Shown piece by piece: positions 1-9,316 of a stretch of 43,534 bases of DNA. Under the pieces are notes generated by a model, which did no database searches, had not been told where the DNA came from, and saw nothing but the letters and a program-made list of their open reading frames with translations. Position numbers and translations under genes: made by a program. The stretch covers positions 1 through 43,534 of the IMG/VR virus record IMGVR_UViG_3300033475_000058; one strand, 5' to 3'. Each line of letters opens with the position of its first letter. The stretch's first letter is position 1. The DNA is from a virus. Taxonomy: Duplodnaviria > Caudoviricetes.

Positions 1-127
1 CCCTGGACCATCAAACAACTGGAGGAGACGAGAATCCAACTCGCTCCGGACTGGAAAAAGAACCCTGAACTAAAAGCAGCATGAGCGCGCAAAGAGAAAT
101 TGAGACGCCGAGGACGATGGCGTTTTT
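1..127. repeat. 127-bp exact repeat of 42394-42520 (circularisation/assembly overlap; similarity continues to 197/42590 with 4 mismatches)
   Basis: Direct comparison; first mismatch at 128 (T) vs 42521 (C). Confidence 0.95.
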
Positions 128-527
128 TAGCCGTCCCGACATTTGCATTGACGCCGCTAAGGCTCACTCGATCAATCTGGAGCGAGAACTCGCGGAGACA
201 AATCACGAAATTGATCGGATTTCCTGCGATGATCTTGAACCCGCGCGCGGGATAGGAAGAGCCATCGAAGGAAAACAAGCGGTCGGGAACCATCCTCTAG
301 CATTGGAGGTACAATCTTTGCTCAACGACCTCCGCGAACAAAACGCCGCCTTGAAGGCTCGGGTAGAGCGGCTGGATGGGGTGGCGTTGGCTGCTCGGGA
401 CGCGATGGTTCGATACAAGCTGAATGTCGATGAAGACCCGCCCCAGCCCTACCAGCAAGTAATCAACGATCTCTCGACAGCCCTCGCCGAAACCCCAGCT
501 CCCAAAAACGAAGGGGGTGCCGCGTGA
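81..527 (+). CDS. Hypothetical early protein, allele A
   Basis: Shares N-terminal 39 aa and ALAETPAPKxEGG block with 42474-43103. Confidence 0.8.
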   Translation: MSAQREIETPRTMAFFSRPDICIDAAKAHSINLERELAETNHEIDRISCDDLEPARGIGRAIEGKQAVGNHPLALEVQSLLNDLREQNAALKARVERLDGVALAARDAMVRYKLNVDEDPPQPYQQVINDLSTALAETPAPKNEGGAA

Positions 528-811
528 ATTCTCACTACCCGATTCCAGATTCTGTTGCTGCCGCGCACGCCGACTACAAATTTTTTGCTGAGGAACTCGT
601 GAGAGCAACTCGGGAAGCTTATCCAGTCGGCGCGAGAGTCGAAGTCACGTTAGGCGTCGCCCGGATAACCGGTGAGATCATCCGTTCCGGAAATTATTGG
701 TGGCATGATCCAGACCGCGTTGAAATCCGAAACGTCGTCACGGGTAAAATGCGACACTTCTCGGCTGCGTCCCAAAGGCATAACGCAGTTTTGTTGGAGG
801 TAGAGGTATGA
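524..811 (+). CDS. Hypothetical protein
   Basis: GTGA/ATGA overlaps with neighbours. Confidence 0.7.
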   Translation: MNSHYPIPDSVAAAHADYKFFAEELVRATREAYPVGARVEVTLGVARITGEIIRSGNYWWHDPDRVEIRNVVTGKMRHFSAASQRHNAVLLEVEV

Positions 812-1254
812 GCCCGGATTCGATGCGCGTGGCGGTGGCGAAGGCTATGGGGACTCCGGTCATGTACGCTCTTGTCAAACGGGGCTACTATTATCGTCCC
901 AACGCTTCTGGATATACCGATCGGATCGCGGAAGCCGGACGTTACACGGAGGAAGAGGCTAAGAGGCTCGCCTATCCTCATGGTGACGAGCCGGTCACAA
1001 TGGAGGAACTGCCAGGTCCCGACTACCTCAACGACATTCGGGACGCCTTAACCTTCGTCGAGTTTCTGCGCGGCAAGGGGTGGATATTCACCGTGCAAAA
1101 CGATCCTGGCAAAGCTGGTTATGATGTCTCGTTTTCAAAGCATCCATCATATCACTACGGCAAAAATAAATCCCTCGCCAAAGCCATCTGCGATGCAGGT
1201 CTAAAAGCAATCGGCCTCTGGGAAGACGATGCCGGAAAGGGTGGTGCGGTGTGA
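808..1254 (+). CDS. Phage ABA-sandwich-like domain protein
   Basis: PDYLNDIRDAL...SLAKAICDAGLKA pattern; GAGG RBS. Confidence 0.6.
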   Translation: MSPDSMRVAVAKAMGTPVMYALVKRGYYYRPNASGYTDRIAEAGRYTEEEAKRLAYPHGDEPVTMEELPGPDYLNDIRDALTFVEFLRGKGWIFTVQNDPGKAGYDVSFSKHPSYHYGKNKSLAKAICDAGLKAIGLWEDDAGKGGAV

Positions 1255-1436
1255 GAATCATGAAAATGACCTGGCATTGCTTCTGGGCGATTTACCACCA
1301 GATCACTGCTTGTAGGGAGTTTCGGTGCCCACGAAAGACCGCCATAACCCGCACTTATCATGAGGCCATGATTGATTGGCATGACGACCACAATCCGAAT
1401 TGCCGGACACAAACCGGAAAGGAGTCGGGGAGATGA
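1251..1436 (+). CDS. Small hypothetical protein
   Basis: 4-nt overlaps on both sides. Confidence 0.55.
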   Translation: MRIMKMTWHCFWAIYHQITACREFRCPRKTAITRTYHEAMIDWHDDHNPNCRTQTGKESGR

Positions 1437-1990
1437 GTGCTATCCAAAGATTCGACGTGTGGGACGACGGCGCGCCTCATGGACTGGAAGAGGCCGAGCT
1501 TGGTGACTGGGTACGCTACGAAGAGCACGCCGCCCAGCTCGCCGAAAGAAAGGAGATCATTGCCGAGGTTGTTGCTTCATCCAATGAGTTCCGTGACGCC
1601 GTTCTAAACCAGCGGCATCAACTCGAAGAACCTTGCCTAGATAACGACCAGACAAACGCGGTTCTAGGGCTGTTCGATGACACGATAGGGAACACCCTCT
1701 CCCGCGCATCCTCGGTCAAGACTTCGGGCGGGTGGTTGCCGATTGAGCGAGAGCAAATGCAGTGGCTCGACGCGAATTGCTACGATCTCCGATGCGAAAG
1801 TGTTCCGTCTGGTGGAGACGATGCGGACATCATCTGGATCGTCTACTCGCATCACATGTCGAAGCCAGCCCTGCGAGCGGAGGGATACGGGAAAACGGCG
1901 GCTAAGGCTATAGCAGACGCCATGCTACCAAAAGGCGATCCCAAACGGTGGGATTACGTGCCGCCTGAATCCTTGGAGGTTCCATCATGA
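1433..1990 (+). CDS. Hypothetical protein
   Basis: ATG at 1433 overlapping upstream TGA; GGAG RBS. Confidence 0.7.
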   Translation: MSAIQRFDVWDDGAPHGLEEAELGDWVRYEEHAAQLAERKEIIAEVVASSNEFRDAVLNQRHQLEEPCLDNDQTNAVLGLFDDTIGNTLSRASSVKTSGGWLPIEREQMQWLDANCYDLRCESVPSGGDDADIIWIVYSHHMSKPALRAEGYGKTAAKAIADAMLPKGDPKRWDYVPPESLEVPS

Positions 1991-2190
1991 GCTGTCCAAA
2001 ATGTGGCTCGAATCGAGTCTCGGGCCTCGTTGCCTCCTTTTGGGTCGGTCTCGATGTAGAAGGCCAGATCGAAGGCGAAATGGTTGACGTTCGCAGCGAA
2101 ACTGAACTCACCGAAAAACGGTCATGCCGTAAATGCCATCACGAATGGGAAGACGGCATTGAGGAAGAATCCTCGGAGGGGCTGAAATGA
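1987..2190 (+). CDS. Zinc-ribbon protein
   Basis: CPKC...CRKC; GGAGG RBS. Confidence 0.7.
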   Translation: MSCPKCGSNRVSGLVASFWVGLDVEGQIEGEMVDVRSETELTEKRSCRKCHHEWEDGIEEESSEGLK

Positions 2191-2420
2191 AAGAGTATCT
2201 CGTTAAAGGTATCGCTTTCGTTCCCGTCGAGGTCGAGATGACCATTGAGGCGAAGGACGAAAAACAGGCCGAGAAAATAGCTCTTGAGCGATTCAAGCAG
2301 CCGCGCAGGGATCGCTACATTGTAAGCAACAGCGAGGAGCACAGTTCGGTCTTCGACTGGGTTCCAAGCCGCATCGAAGAGATTTCCCCTGAACCCTCGT
2401 TGGATGGGAGGAGCGCGTGA
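2187..2420 (+). CDS. Hypothetical protein
   Basis: Coupled ORF with GGAGG RBS. Confidence 0.7.
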   Translation: MKEYLVKGIAFVPVEVEMTIEAKDEKQAEKIALERFKQPRRDRYIVSNSEEHSSVFDWVPSRIEEISPEPSLDGRSA

Positions 2421-2704
2421 GTTCTGTTTCTTCATCTCTCCTGCTTGGAGACGGTCGCCAATGGTGGAACGACGAAGAGACAATCTTCGAATGCTGGTGC
2501 GGCGCCTCCGGGACTTACGAGCAGCTTTTCGACGATAGCACTCTGCGCGACACGTGCGGCGGCCAAGGTTATTACGAGTGCCTTTGCGGTGGGGATTTCT
2601 GCATCTGCCACAATCACGGGCAGGCTGAATGCTACGGGTGCCCTGACTGCGAAGACGACTCAGACGATGATTACCCGGATTTCGACGAGGAGGATGATCG
2701 ATGA
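2417..2704 (+). CDS. Cys-rich acidic protein
   Basis: Many Cys pairs, acidic tail, coupled ORF. Confidence 0.7.
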   Translation: MSSVSSSLLLGDGRQWWNDEETIFECWCGASGTYEQLFDDSTLRDTCGGQGYYECLCGGDFCICHNHGQAECYGCPDCEDDSDDDYPDFDEEDDR

Positions 2705-3132
2705 AAATCCTCGGACCAATCCCGAATCACATCCTCGAGAAGATGGACCCGAAAGACCGTCCGAAAGGCGTTCCGGGCATGACATCGGCCGAGATTCGTT
2801 CCGCTGCCGTCGATAAGGCGGAGAAGGAGTTGCAGAAGGAGGTTGCTACATACCTTCGCGGATGTCGCGGGGTGGAGTTCATTAACCCGCCGATGCACAA
2901 GCGTTCATCGCTTCCGCTCGGTTGGCCCGACTTCACCTTTGCCTACAAGCCGCCAGGTTCCGATATCGGAATCCCGATAACGTGGGAATGCAAGCGCGTC
3001 ACCGGCTCTCTCGATCCCGACCAGATCACCATGCGCGACCGACTCATCGCCAACGGCTGGCAGTGGCGCCTAATCCGCCACCTCGGTGAAGCTCAGGCTC
3101 ACCTTCGCGATTTGGAAAGGGGCGACGGATGA
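2701..3132 (+). CDS. VRR-NUC / PD-(D/E)XK nuclease
   Basis: GWPD...WECK...GSLDPDQ motifs. Confidence 0.75.
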   Translation: MKILGPIPNHILEKMDPKDRPKGVPGMTSAEIRSAAVDKAEKELQKEVATYLRGCRGVEFINPPMHKRSSLPLGWPDFTFAYKPPGSDIGIPITWECKRVTGSLDPDQITMRDRLIANGWQWRLIRHLGEAQAHLRDLERGDG

Positions 3133-3623
3133 GTTCCGCAGTCATCTCAGATTGCGGAAAGTTCCGCTACCGCCTCGAGCGTCACGCTCTACTTGGGGCC
3201 GGCGCCGTTGCTTGGATTATGGTCAACCCCTCCACAGCGGACGCTTCACACGACGATGCGACTATTCGCAAAGTCATAGGGTTCAGTGAGCGCCTTGGTG
3301 CTGGATGGATGATAGTCGGAAACAAATTCGCGTATCGAGCCACTGACATCAAGGCGTTGCGAACCGCCCAAGACCCATTGGGTCCAGAAAATGACCGACA
3401 TCTTCGGGACATAATGTCAGCGGCTCCAACTGTTATTTTCGCGTGGGGGCCTCTCGCCAAACTGCCGCCGGCATTGCGCAATAGGTGGAAAGAAATTGCG
3501 AATTTAGCTGACGAAATTGGATGCACGCCAATGTGTCTCGGAACCACTCAAGACGGCCAGCCTAGGCATCCTCTAATGCTGGCCTACAGCACCCCTCTAA
3601 CGCCATGGAGGAGACCGTCATGA
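3129..3623 (+). CDS. DUF1643-family protein
   Basis: YRLER...MVNPSTAD...DDATIRK...AWG...PRHPL motifs. Confidence 0.85.
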   Translation: MSSAVISDCGKFRYRLERHALLGAGAVAWIMVNPSTADASHDDATIRKVIGFSERLGAGWMIVGNKFAYRATDIKALRTAQDPLGPENDRHLRDIMSAAPTVIFAWGPLAKLPPALRNRWKEIANLADEIGCTPMCLGTTQDGQPRHPLMLAYSTPLTPWRRPS

Positions 3624-3657
3624 CCCCAAAAGATGGATGCTTGGGGGTGCGGGGATT

Positions 3658-4104
3658 ATGAAACGTAAACTCGCATCGAATCTCGCGAAGGTCCGTAGCG
3701 TTGCTAGGGATCGGCGCCGAATCGCCCGCAAAAAAGCGAACGGCATATGCATCACGCCACATTGCCGAAATAAGGCGCGTGAAGGCCGTTGCCGGTGCAA
3801 TACGTGCCGATCGCGTATGTACGACGACCCGTTGAAGGTTCTGTTTTGGAATCTCAAGAAGTCAGCCAAAAGGCGCGGGAAGGAATTTCGACTTAAATTC
3901 GAATACTTCGCCGAGCTGGCGCTCCGCACTGGCTACCACATTTACCACGGACACGCGGCCCACGAACTGCATATCGACCGAAAAGATCACCGCTTCGGGT
4001 ATGTGCCCGGAAACGTCCATGTGATCACCGCTAGCGCCAACAGCAAAAAGTCTTGGGCCGAGCGCACCGGCTGGACCTACGACAAGAACAAAGACCCATT
4101 CTAA
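3658..4104 (+). CDS. HNH-like endonuclease-fold protein with Cys-rich N-terminus
   Basis: HIDRKD..FGYVPGNV..ITASANSKK. Confidence 0.65.
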   Translation: MKRKLASNLAKVRSVARDRRRIARKKANGICITPHCRNKAREGRCRCNTCRSRMYDDPLKVLFWNLKKSAKRRGKEFRLKFEYFAELALRTGYHIYHGHAAHELHIDRKDHRFGYVPGNVHVITASANSKKSWAERTGWTYDKNKDPF

Positions 4105-4114
4105 GCACACCCAT

Positions 4115-4309
4115 ATGTTCAAAATCACCATCACCGAAATCCCTAATCCATTGCCACCCCGTCAGCTCGAAATCGCAGAGGCGCCAGAGTTCGTTCTCAC
4201 GCAACCCGTGGAGCGGTATCAACAAACGGTCGATTCTCTCGATCTGTCTGCGGTCATGGCGGCCGTTAATCGTAAACCCCGGAAACGGAGAACCGCGAAA
4301 ACTGCTTGA
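4115..4309 (+). CDS. Hypothetical protein
   Basis: ORF in operon context. Confidence 0.6.
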   Translation: MFKITITEIPNPLPPRQLEIAEAPEFVLTQPVERYQQTVDSLDLSAVMAAVNRKPRKRRTAKTA

Positions 4310-4491
4310 TACCTCCAGACGTCATCCTGCGGCGTCTCAAGCAAATGAAGACGCTCGCAACCAATCTCCGCGCCACAACCAGCAAGGACCACAGGGAGCG
4401 CTCAATCAACGCTCTCGAAAAGTACATCGACGACACGAAGTTTATTTTGGAAGCACCGCCAGAGACAAGTTCCAACCTAAAATCTAAATAG
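4306..4491 (+). CDS. Hypothetical protein
   Basis: TTGA overlap with upstream ORF. Confidence 0.5.
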   Translation: MIPPDVILRRLKQMKTLATNLRATTSKDHRERSINALEKYIDDTKFILEAPPETSSNLKSK

Positions 4492-4505
4492 CCATTATCG
4501 AATTG

Positions 4506-5060
4506 ATGAAAACGTACGCTGAAAAATTGAAGGATGTCCGCTGGCAAAAGATCAGACTTGAGGCTTTGAATGCCTCCGGCTGGCAATGTCAGTATTGTGC
4601 AAGCGGCCAAGAGTCTGGCGTTTCACTCAATGTCCATCACTGCCGATATATTCGAGGTCGAGAACCGTGGGAATATCAGCTCGATCAACTTTTAGTCCTC
4701 TGTGAGAGGTGTCACAAGGAGCATCACGAACGAAATGACAAACTGAACGAAGTTCTGTCGCGCTTGGGACCAGCTTCATTGGAAAGGATCACTGGGTTCT
4801 GCATTGCCGTCCTTGAGCAATATGAAGGGACCGAAACGCCGCAATTTCAGTTGCAGGGTATCGAAGAGGTCGATGGATACGCGCTCGGCTGTATAATTGT
4901 TCCGTCTGCCGTGTCGATGTTCTTGATCGATGATGTTATGGCGACTGGACCGAGGCCGCTGGACGGCTCGCTGTGCGACTTTGTTCGCGAACGGATGGCG
5001 CACGCATTGAAACACTTCAACGGCCCTACATTGGGTCCGGTGATTCCAGAGGAGAAGTAA
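4506..5060 (+). CDS. HNH endonuclease-domain protein
   Basis: RWQKIR..CQYC..LNVHH..Y..PWEY..LLVLCERCH. Confidence 0.8.
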   Translation: MKTYAEKLKDVRWQKIRLEALNASGWQCQYCASGQESGVSLNVHHCRYIRGREPWEYQLDQLLVLCERCHKEHHERNDKLNEVLSRLGPASLERITGFCIAVLEQYEGTETPQFQLQGIEEVDGYALGCIIVPSAVSMFLIDDVMATGPRPLDGSLCDFVRERMAHALKHFNGPTLGPVIPEEK

Positions 5061-5063
5061 GGA

Positions 5064-5888
5064 GTGATGGATGGGTTCCTTATGCTGGGAAGATCGATAT
5101 TTAGCCATCATCTGTGGCTTGAAGATCGTATCTACTCGCGGGCAGAGGCGTGGCTGGATCTTCTGCAGATCGCCGCCATTGCTCCGCAAAAGCGCATGAT
5201 TGCCGGTCATCCTATCGAGATTCCGAGAGGGGGAATTGTCGCCTCAGTGCGCTTTCTCTCCGTCCGCTATAAGTGGTCGAACACGAAAGTGTGTCTCTTT
5301 CTCGATTCGCTTGAGTGCGAGGGGATGATTAAACGCGAAAAACGACAGGGAAACACCGTCATTTTACTCTGTAACTTCGACAAATATAATACAGGAAAAC
5401 GACGCAAAGGCGACGGAGAGACGACGCCGGGACGACGCCGGGACGACGAAATAGAAGAAGGTAAAGATACCAAAAAAGAGAAAGAGGATAGGCGCCGGCC
5501 CGCGGCGCTCTCCAACGTGCAGGAGTTTTGTAGGTCGGAGAGCATCAACGCCTCCGATGCGCTCTGGTTTTGGGAGAAAGGGAAGGGTAACGGCTGGACG
5601 AATGGCGGGAAGGCGATCAAGGACTGGCAGGCTACCCTTCGAAGCTGGAAGACCGCTGGATACCTGCCATCCCAAAAGAATGGGCTTCCGCAACCATCCG
5701 GCGCCACCGACGTCAGGAGAACACCCCTTGAGGTCAGGCGTGATGCGGTCGCCAAGCACGGAGACGCCGAGTTTCGAGTATGGATCCACGCCACCTACGA
5801 CCATTTCCCATCCGGAGAAGACGATTACCGAAAAGCTCGAGAGAGCATCCTAACCGCGTTCCTGCACCACAAGGGGGAGAAAGCGTAG
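5064..5888 (+). CDS. Phage replication initiator (lambda O-like architecture)
   Basis: SRAEAWLDLL...IPRG...SVRFLSVRYKWS wHTH; GW...IKDWQATLRSW C-terminal domain; internal iterons. Confidence 0.75.
   Translation: MMDGFLMLGRSIFSHHLWLEDRIYSRAEAWLDLLQIAAIAPQKRMIAGHPIEIPRGGIVASVRFLSVRYKWSNTKVCLFLDSLECEGMIKREKRQGNTVILLCNFDKYNTGKRRKGDGETTPGRRRDDEIEEGKDTKKEKEDRRRPAALSNVQEFCRSESINASDALWFWEKGKGNGWTNGGKAIKDWQATLRSWKTAGYLPSQKNGLPQPSGATDVRRTPLEVRRDAVAKHGDAEFRVWIHATYDHFPSGEDDYRKARESILTAFLHHKGEKA
5398..5490. repeat. Putative replication origin: five CGACG iterons at 11-bp period followed by A-rich tract
   Basis: CGACG at 5400, 5411, 5422, 5433, 5444; GACGACGCCGG tandem at 5420-5441. Confidence 0.7.
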
Positions 5889-5912
5889 CAGCCGCCTAGC
5901 CGAACTCGATTC

Positions 5913-6089
5913 ATGGATACCAGAGCTAGATTCGAAAAGTGGATTTCGTCACCGCCCTACGAGAAAGAGATCGGGAGGCATTCGGATGACGAAAGAGTTA
6001 CCGCGTGGCCAGGGCAATACTGGTGCTACGAGGTCGAACTAGCTTGGCAGGCTTTCCAGCAAGGAGCCGAACTCGATTTAACCAAATGA
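5913..6089 (+). CDS. 58-aa hypothetical protein (below ORF-track cutoff)
   Basis: MDTRARFEKWISSPPYEKE...AWQAFQQGAELDLTK; ATGA overlap with next gene. Confidence 0.65.
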   Translation: MDTRARFEKWISSPPYEKEIGRHSDDERVTAWPGQYWCYEVELAWQAFQQGAELDLTK

Positions 6090-6346
6090 GAAAGCCTGAA
6101 ATTACCTGTCAGCATTGCAACGGAGGCGGGAAAGTCCCGTTGTCTGACGCGATGTCCAAAGCCTACGAGGCTGTTTGCATGATCGGAGAGGCATCGACCG
6201 AACAAGTTCTCGCCTATATCACAGAGAATTACGGTGACGAGATTGGCCTTACCGCCATTTGCAACCGAATGACGTTTCTATCAAAGCTCGATCTGGTCAC
6301 GTCGCACCAGAGAGGGCGCAACCTGATCTGGAGAGCGGCCAAATAA
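6086..6346 (+). CDS. CxxC plus winged-helix-like DNA-binding protein
   Basis: CQHCNGGG then helices and LVTSHQRGRNLIWR wing. Confidence 0.6.
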   Translation: MRKPEITCQHCNGGGKVPLSDAMSKAYEAVCMIGEASTEQVLAYITENYGDEIGLTAICNRMTFLSKLDLVTSHQRGRNLIWRAAK

Positions 6347-6374
6347 CCCCGCACCGATTAACCAAAACTGAATT

Positions 6375-6560
6375 ATGAAAACGATTGACCAAACCTCCGA
6401 CGTATTGCCTGCCGATTTGCCGCTAGAGCAAATGATGAAGACGTACGCCAACACGTTCTATTGCAAGAACTGCGGCCACAAAAATCACCGCAGGATTAAG
6501 AAGGGTGTCAGAGTTCCTAAATCGGTCACATGCGAGAACTGCGGGTGCTCAACGGATTAA
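6375..6560 (+). CDS. Zinc-ribbon protein
   Basis: CKNC...CENC. Confidence 0.65.
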   Translation: MKTIDQTSDVLPADLPLEQMMKTYANTFYCKNCGHKNHRRIKKGVRVPKSVTCENCGCSTD

Positions 6561-6564
6561 CCCC

Positions 6565-6834
6565 ATGCACCCAAAACTAAAAGAGCTGGAAGAGGCTGCG
6601 AGAAACTCAGTCAAGTTTTCAGATCGTAATCGTTTCCACGATCTTGCCAACCCCGACACCGTTTTGAAGCTCGTCGAGGTGATCGCCAAGTTCCAAGACA
6701 AAATCGAAGAGGCTCACAAACTCGTCAACGCCATGGCCGGTCAGGAATATTGGGACCGCGCTGAACAATGGCTCGCCGAGAACAAGAACTATCGACAAGA
6801 GCTCAACGACACCCTCAGCCGAATCAACGAATGA
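6565..6834 (+). CDS. Hypothetical protein (Ead/Ea22-like ANPxTVLxL motif)
   Basis: LKELEEAA...LANPDTVLKLV. Confidence 0.6.
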   Translation: MHPKLKELEEAARNSVKFSDRNRFHDLANPDTVLKLVEVIAKFQDKIEEAHKLVNAMAGQEYWDRAEQWLAENKNYRQELNDTLSRINE

Positions 6835-7055
6835 GTGAGCAATTACACCCTGAACACGGAAAGCCATCTGCACGCGTGGCAAATCGTACGGAAGCCGGTT
6901 CGTGCAATTCCTGCCAGGACCGAACGAGCTCCACGGTCATTGAAGTTACACTGCTTACGGTCACCTTCCGAGTCTGCGATAAGTGCGCCGAGCAGATACG
7001 AGACGCGCTTAAAACGGCAATCCAAAAATCCCAGACCGACCAACTGCCAATCTGA
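6831..7055 (+). CDS. Zinc-finger protein
   Basis: CNSC...CDKC; ATGA overlap. Confidence 0.6.
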   Translation: MSEQLHPEHGKPSARVANRTEAGSCNSCQDRTSSTVIEVTLLTVTFRVCDKCAEQIRDALKTAIQKSQTDQLPI

Positions 7056-7108
7056 TTCCTGTTTGGGCTTTTTTGGTATGACGACCTGATAAAATAAAAG
7101 AACCACAT

Positions 7109-7669
7109 ATGGATATTGACGATTTCAAAGACGACGAACTCTACGTGCCGGAGAAGCCCGTAAGAGGCCAGAAACGCGCCCAGCGCCTCATGCCGGCGCC
7201 AATGGACACGAGTCTTGTCCCGCCGCCTCAGCACTGCCACAACGCCCAGGAACTGCTAGACAATCATCCCGACGTTCACGAAGCGGTGATTCGAGCTCTA
7301 AGCCAGGATGCCACGCCACAGAACATCCGCAAGCTGCTCCAAGTGCCGTATCACGTCACCAAGGAGATCGAGGGAAAGAACCAAGGCAAGACAGGCGAAT
7401 GGAAGCCGAAGGCAATGGCAAGCTGGGCATTCATCGTTAAGCTCGCCCAAGGTCGCATCATTGAAGAGATGGACAACCTGCCACCGAGTAGCCTGGCCAT
7501 TATCGCAGCAATCGGAACCGACAAGGTCCGCGATATGTCAGGTGAGGCGACAATTCGAATCGAACACGTTACCAAGGTAGCAACCGCTGAATACGACGAC
7601 CTCGTACAAGCTGCATGCAAGCAAGCTCAAGCTCAGGTCGTGGATTCCAAGGTGATCGATACCGAATGA
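7109..7669 (+). CDS. Probable terminase small subunit
   Basis: HTH-like middle and AIIAAIGTDKVRDMSGEATIRIEH C-terminal motif typical of TerS-like proteins; last gene before non-coding gap. Confidence 0.5.
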   Translation: MDIDDFKDDELYVPEKPVRGQKRAQRLMPAPMDTSLVPPPQHCHNAQELLDNHPDVHEAVIRALSQDATPQNIRKLLQVPYHVTKEIEGKNQGKTGEWKPKAMASWAFIVKLAQGRIIEEMDNLPPSSLAIIAAIGTDKVRDMSGEATIRIEHVTKVATAEYDDLVQAACKQAQAQVVDSKVIDTE

Positions 7670-8512
7670 CACCTCAGACCTCGAATCGGAAGCATCGCAA
7701 CCTCTCAAGCTGCTGATGTGTGTGACCTTCTGGAGACCAGTGCAAGCTACAAGGGAAATGTCCTAAAGATGGAGACAGAGGAAGGCCTGTTAACCCCCTC
7801 ATGTCAAGAATAATCGACAGTTACAGAGTAAACAGGTGAGCAAAAAGCGATAACGTTATACAACAGAACAGATGTATAGTGGATTACAGAGGAGTCTCAA
7901 ATAGGGCTCGATGTTCCACGCTGTTATTGAGATTGGAGCCTGGGATTGACTGGATTTACACAGGATAATCATCCTCTGAACAGTCAGGTAGGGGGGGCGG
8001 GGGTCAAGGATCGGGCCGGACCAAAACACGGGGCACTGGTCCCTTCACCAGAAATTTTATCCCAAAGCGATTTACCAGCCGTTTGGTTCAGTTGCAGACG
8101 CCCGATTCCTTGCGCGAGGATTGGCTGTAGCGCGTTTTTATGGTGCGCTGGATACTTTGGTGCTGCGGTAGCTTGATAGACGTTTTGTCGACCAAGGCGC
8201 TTGATAGACAGAATGCGATTTCACCCCCGGCCTCGAATTGGGCTAGTTTGAGGTGATTTACTCTGTGAAGTGGCCGGCCCGGAATTTTCAGATATCGCAG
8301 TTCAACACCGGCGGATTGTCACTCCTGCACCACCTGCACATTTGTGGCGCACCTGCGGGTGATTCGTAGCGTTTATCTGGTTGTGGCGGATAAACCTCGT
8401 TATGTGAAATCCCATAACGGGAATCCTATAACTTACCTTGCTTCATCTTTTCCCGGACACCAACCGCCCTCGACGAACGTAATCGGATACGACAGTTCTG
8501 GAATGTCCAGAA

Positions 8513-8632
8513 TCATTGCGTAACGACCTGATGAAACACGCGGATGCCGAAGACGTAGATTTTGGCGATGCGGCGGTAGCGCAGGCTTCGGACCACGGAT
8601 ACCGCCGTGATGATTCGGAGGAGGAATTTCAT
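8513..8632 (-). CDS. 39-aa basic micro-ORF
   Basis: MKFLLRIITAVSVVRSLRYRRIAK...; ATGA coupling both sides. Confidence 0.45.
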   Translation of the reverse strand: MKFLLRIITAVSVVRSLRYRRIAKIYVFGIRVFHQVVTQ

Positions 8633-8778
8633 ATTTTGCCGTGCAAAAGAAAATACCCGAATCCCATCGCGATCGTCGCAAGGAGTGACAAAACCATTAC
8701 TCCGCTATCTTTCGAGAAATAGACGGCGATGGCTGACGAAAGCCAGATCGCGATGATGGTGATAGCGAACCAGTTCAC
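8629..8778 (-). CDS. 49-aa two-TM membrane peptide
   Basis: NWFAITIIAIWLSSAIAVYFSKDSGVMVLSLLATIAMGFGYFLL; GTGA coupling. Confidence 0.55.
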   Translation of the reverse strand: MNWFAITIIAIWLSSAIAVYFSKDSGVMVLSLLATIAMGFGYFLLHGKI

Positions 8779-9101
8779 GCGAACACCTCCAGGAACTTCT
8801 CTCGAGCGATACGGTAAGCGTTTGCCTCGCCGGGGAATTCTTTGGCGGCGGATTCCTTTTCGGAGAGGAAGGCAGTGAAGATTTCCTTGTTGGATTTCGG
8901 CTGAGTGATCTGCGGCGCCTTTCCCGCCCTTGCGCCCTCTTCGATTTTCGCGAGGGATTCTCGGGATGCGCCCATCTGCGGAACGGGATGATTCTCTGCC
9001 GGCGGATCAGGCAGCGTGTGGATCTGCTCCCCGGTGAGCTGTTCTTTTGCGGGTGTTGCTTCGTGGCGTGGCGTGTTGTGGCTTCCTTTTGGTCTTCCCA
9101 T
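8775..9101 (-). CDS. Hypothetical protein with N-terminal GRPKGS motif
   Basis: ORF in minus-strand operon. Confidence 0.65.
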   Translation of the reverse strand: MGRPKGSHNTPRHEATPAKEQLTGEQIHTLPDPPAENHPVPQMGASRESLAKIEEGARAGKAPQITQPKSNKEIFTAFLSEKESAAKEFPGEANAYRIAREKFLEVFA

Positions 9102-9121
9102 GGTGTGTTTTGGTTGGTGGT

Positions 9122-9313
9122 TTATTTTTCGTGGCGTTGTTTCAACATTGCGTCGGCGGCTCCATAGGATGCGATCGCAATCATCTGGTGCGCCGTTGAG
9201 CTTTCGCGGTTCGCCACTTTTTCCAATTTGTCCCTTATTTCGGGATTGGAGATGTATGCTTGCATGGCTTTCGCGGCGAAATAGTCGCGGAGAAGTCTGT
9301 TGAAAATTGACAT
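9122..9313 (-). CDS. Conserved phage small protein (LRDYFAAKAMQ family)
   Basis: LRDYFAAKAMQ...SYGAADAMLKQR. Confidence 0.8.
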   Translation of the reverse strand: MSIFNRLLRDYFAAKAMQAYISNPEIRDKLEKVANRESSTAHQMIAIASYGAADAMLKQRHEK

Positions 9314-9316
9314 AGA

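Noticed and set aside
1-197. Near-identical repeat pair as DGR template/variable repeats
   Set aside because: No reverse transcriptase in the genome and mismatches are not adenine-specific
7911-7926. parS-like site (TGTTCCACG)
   Set aside because: Only a half-site, and no parAB genes
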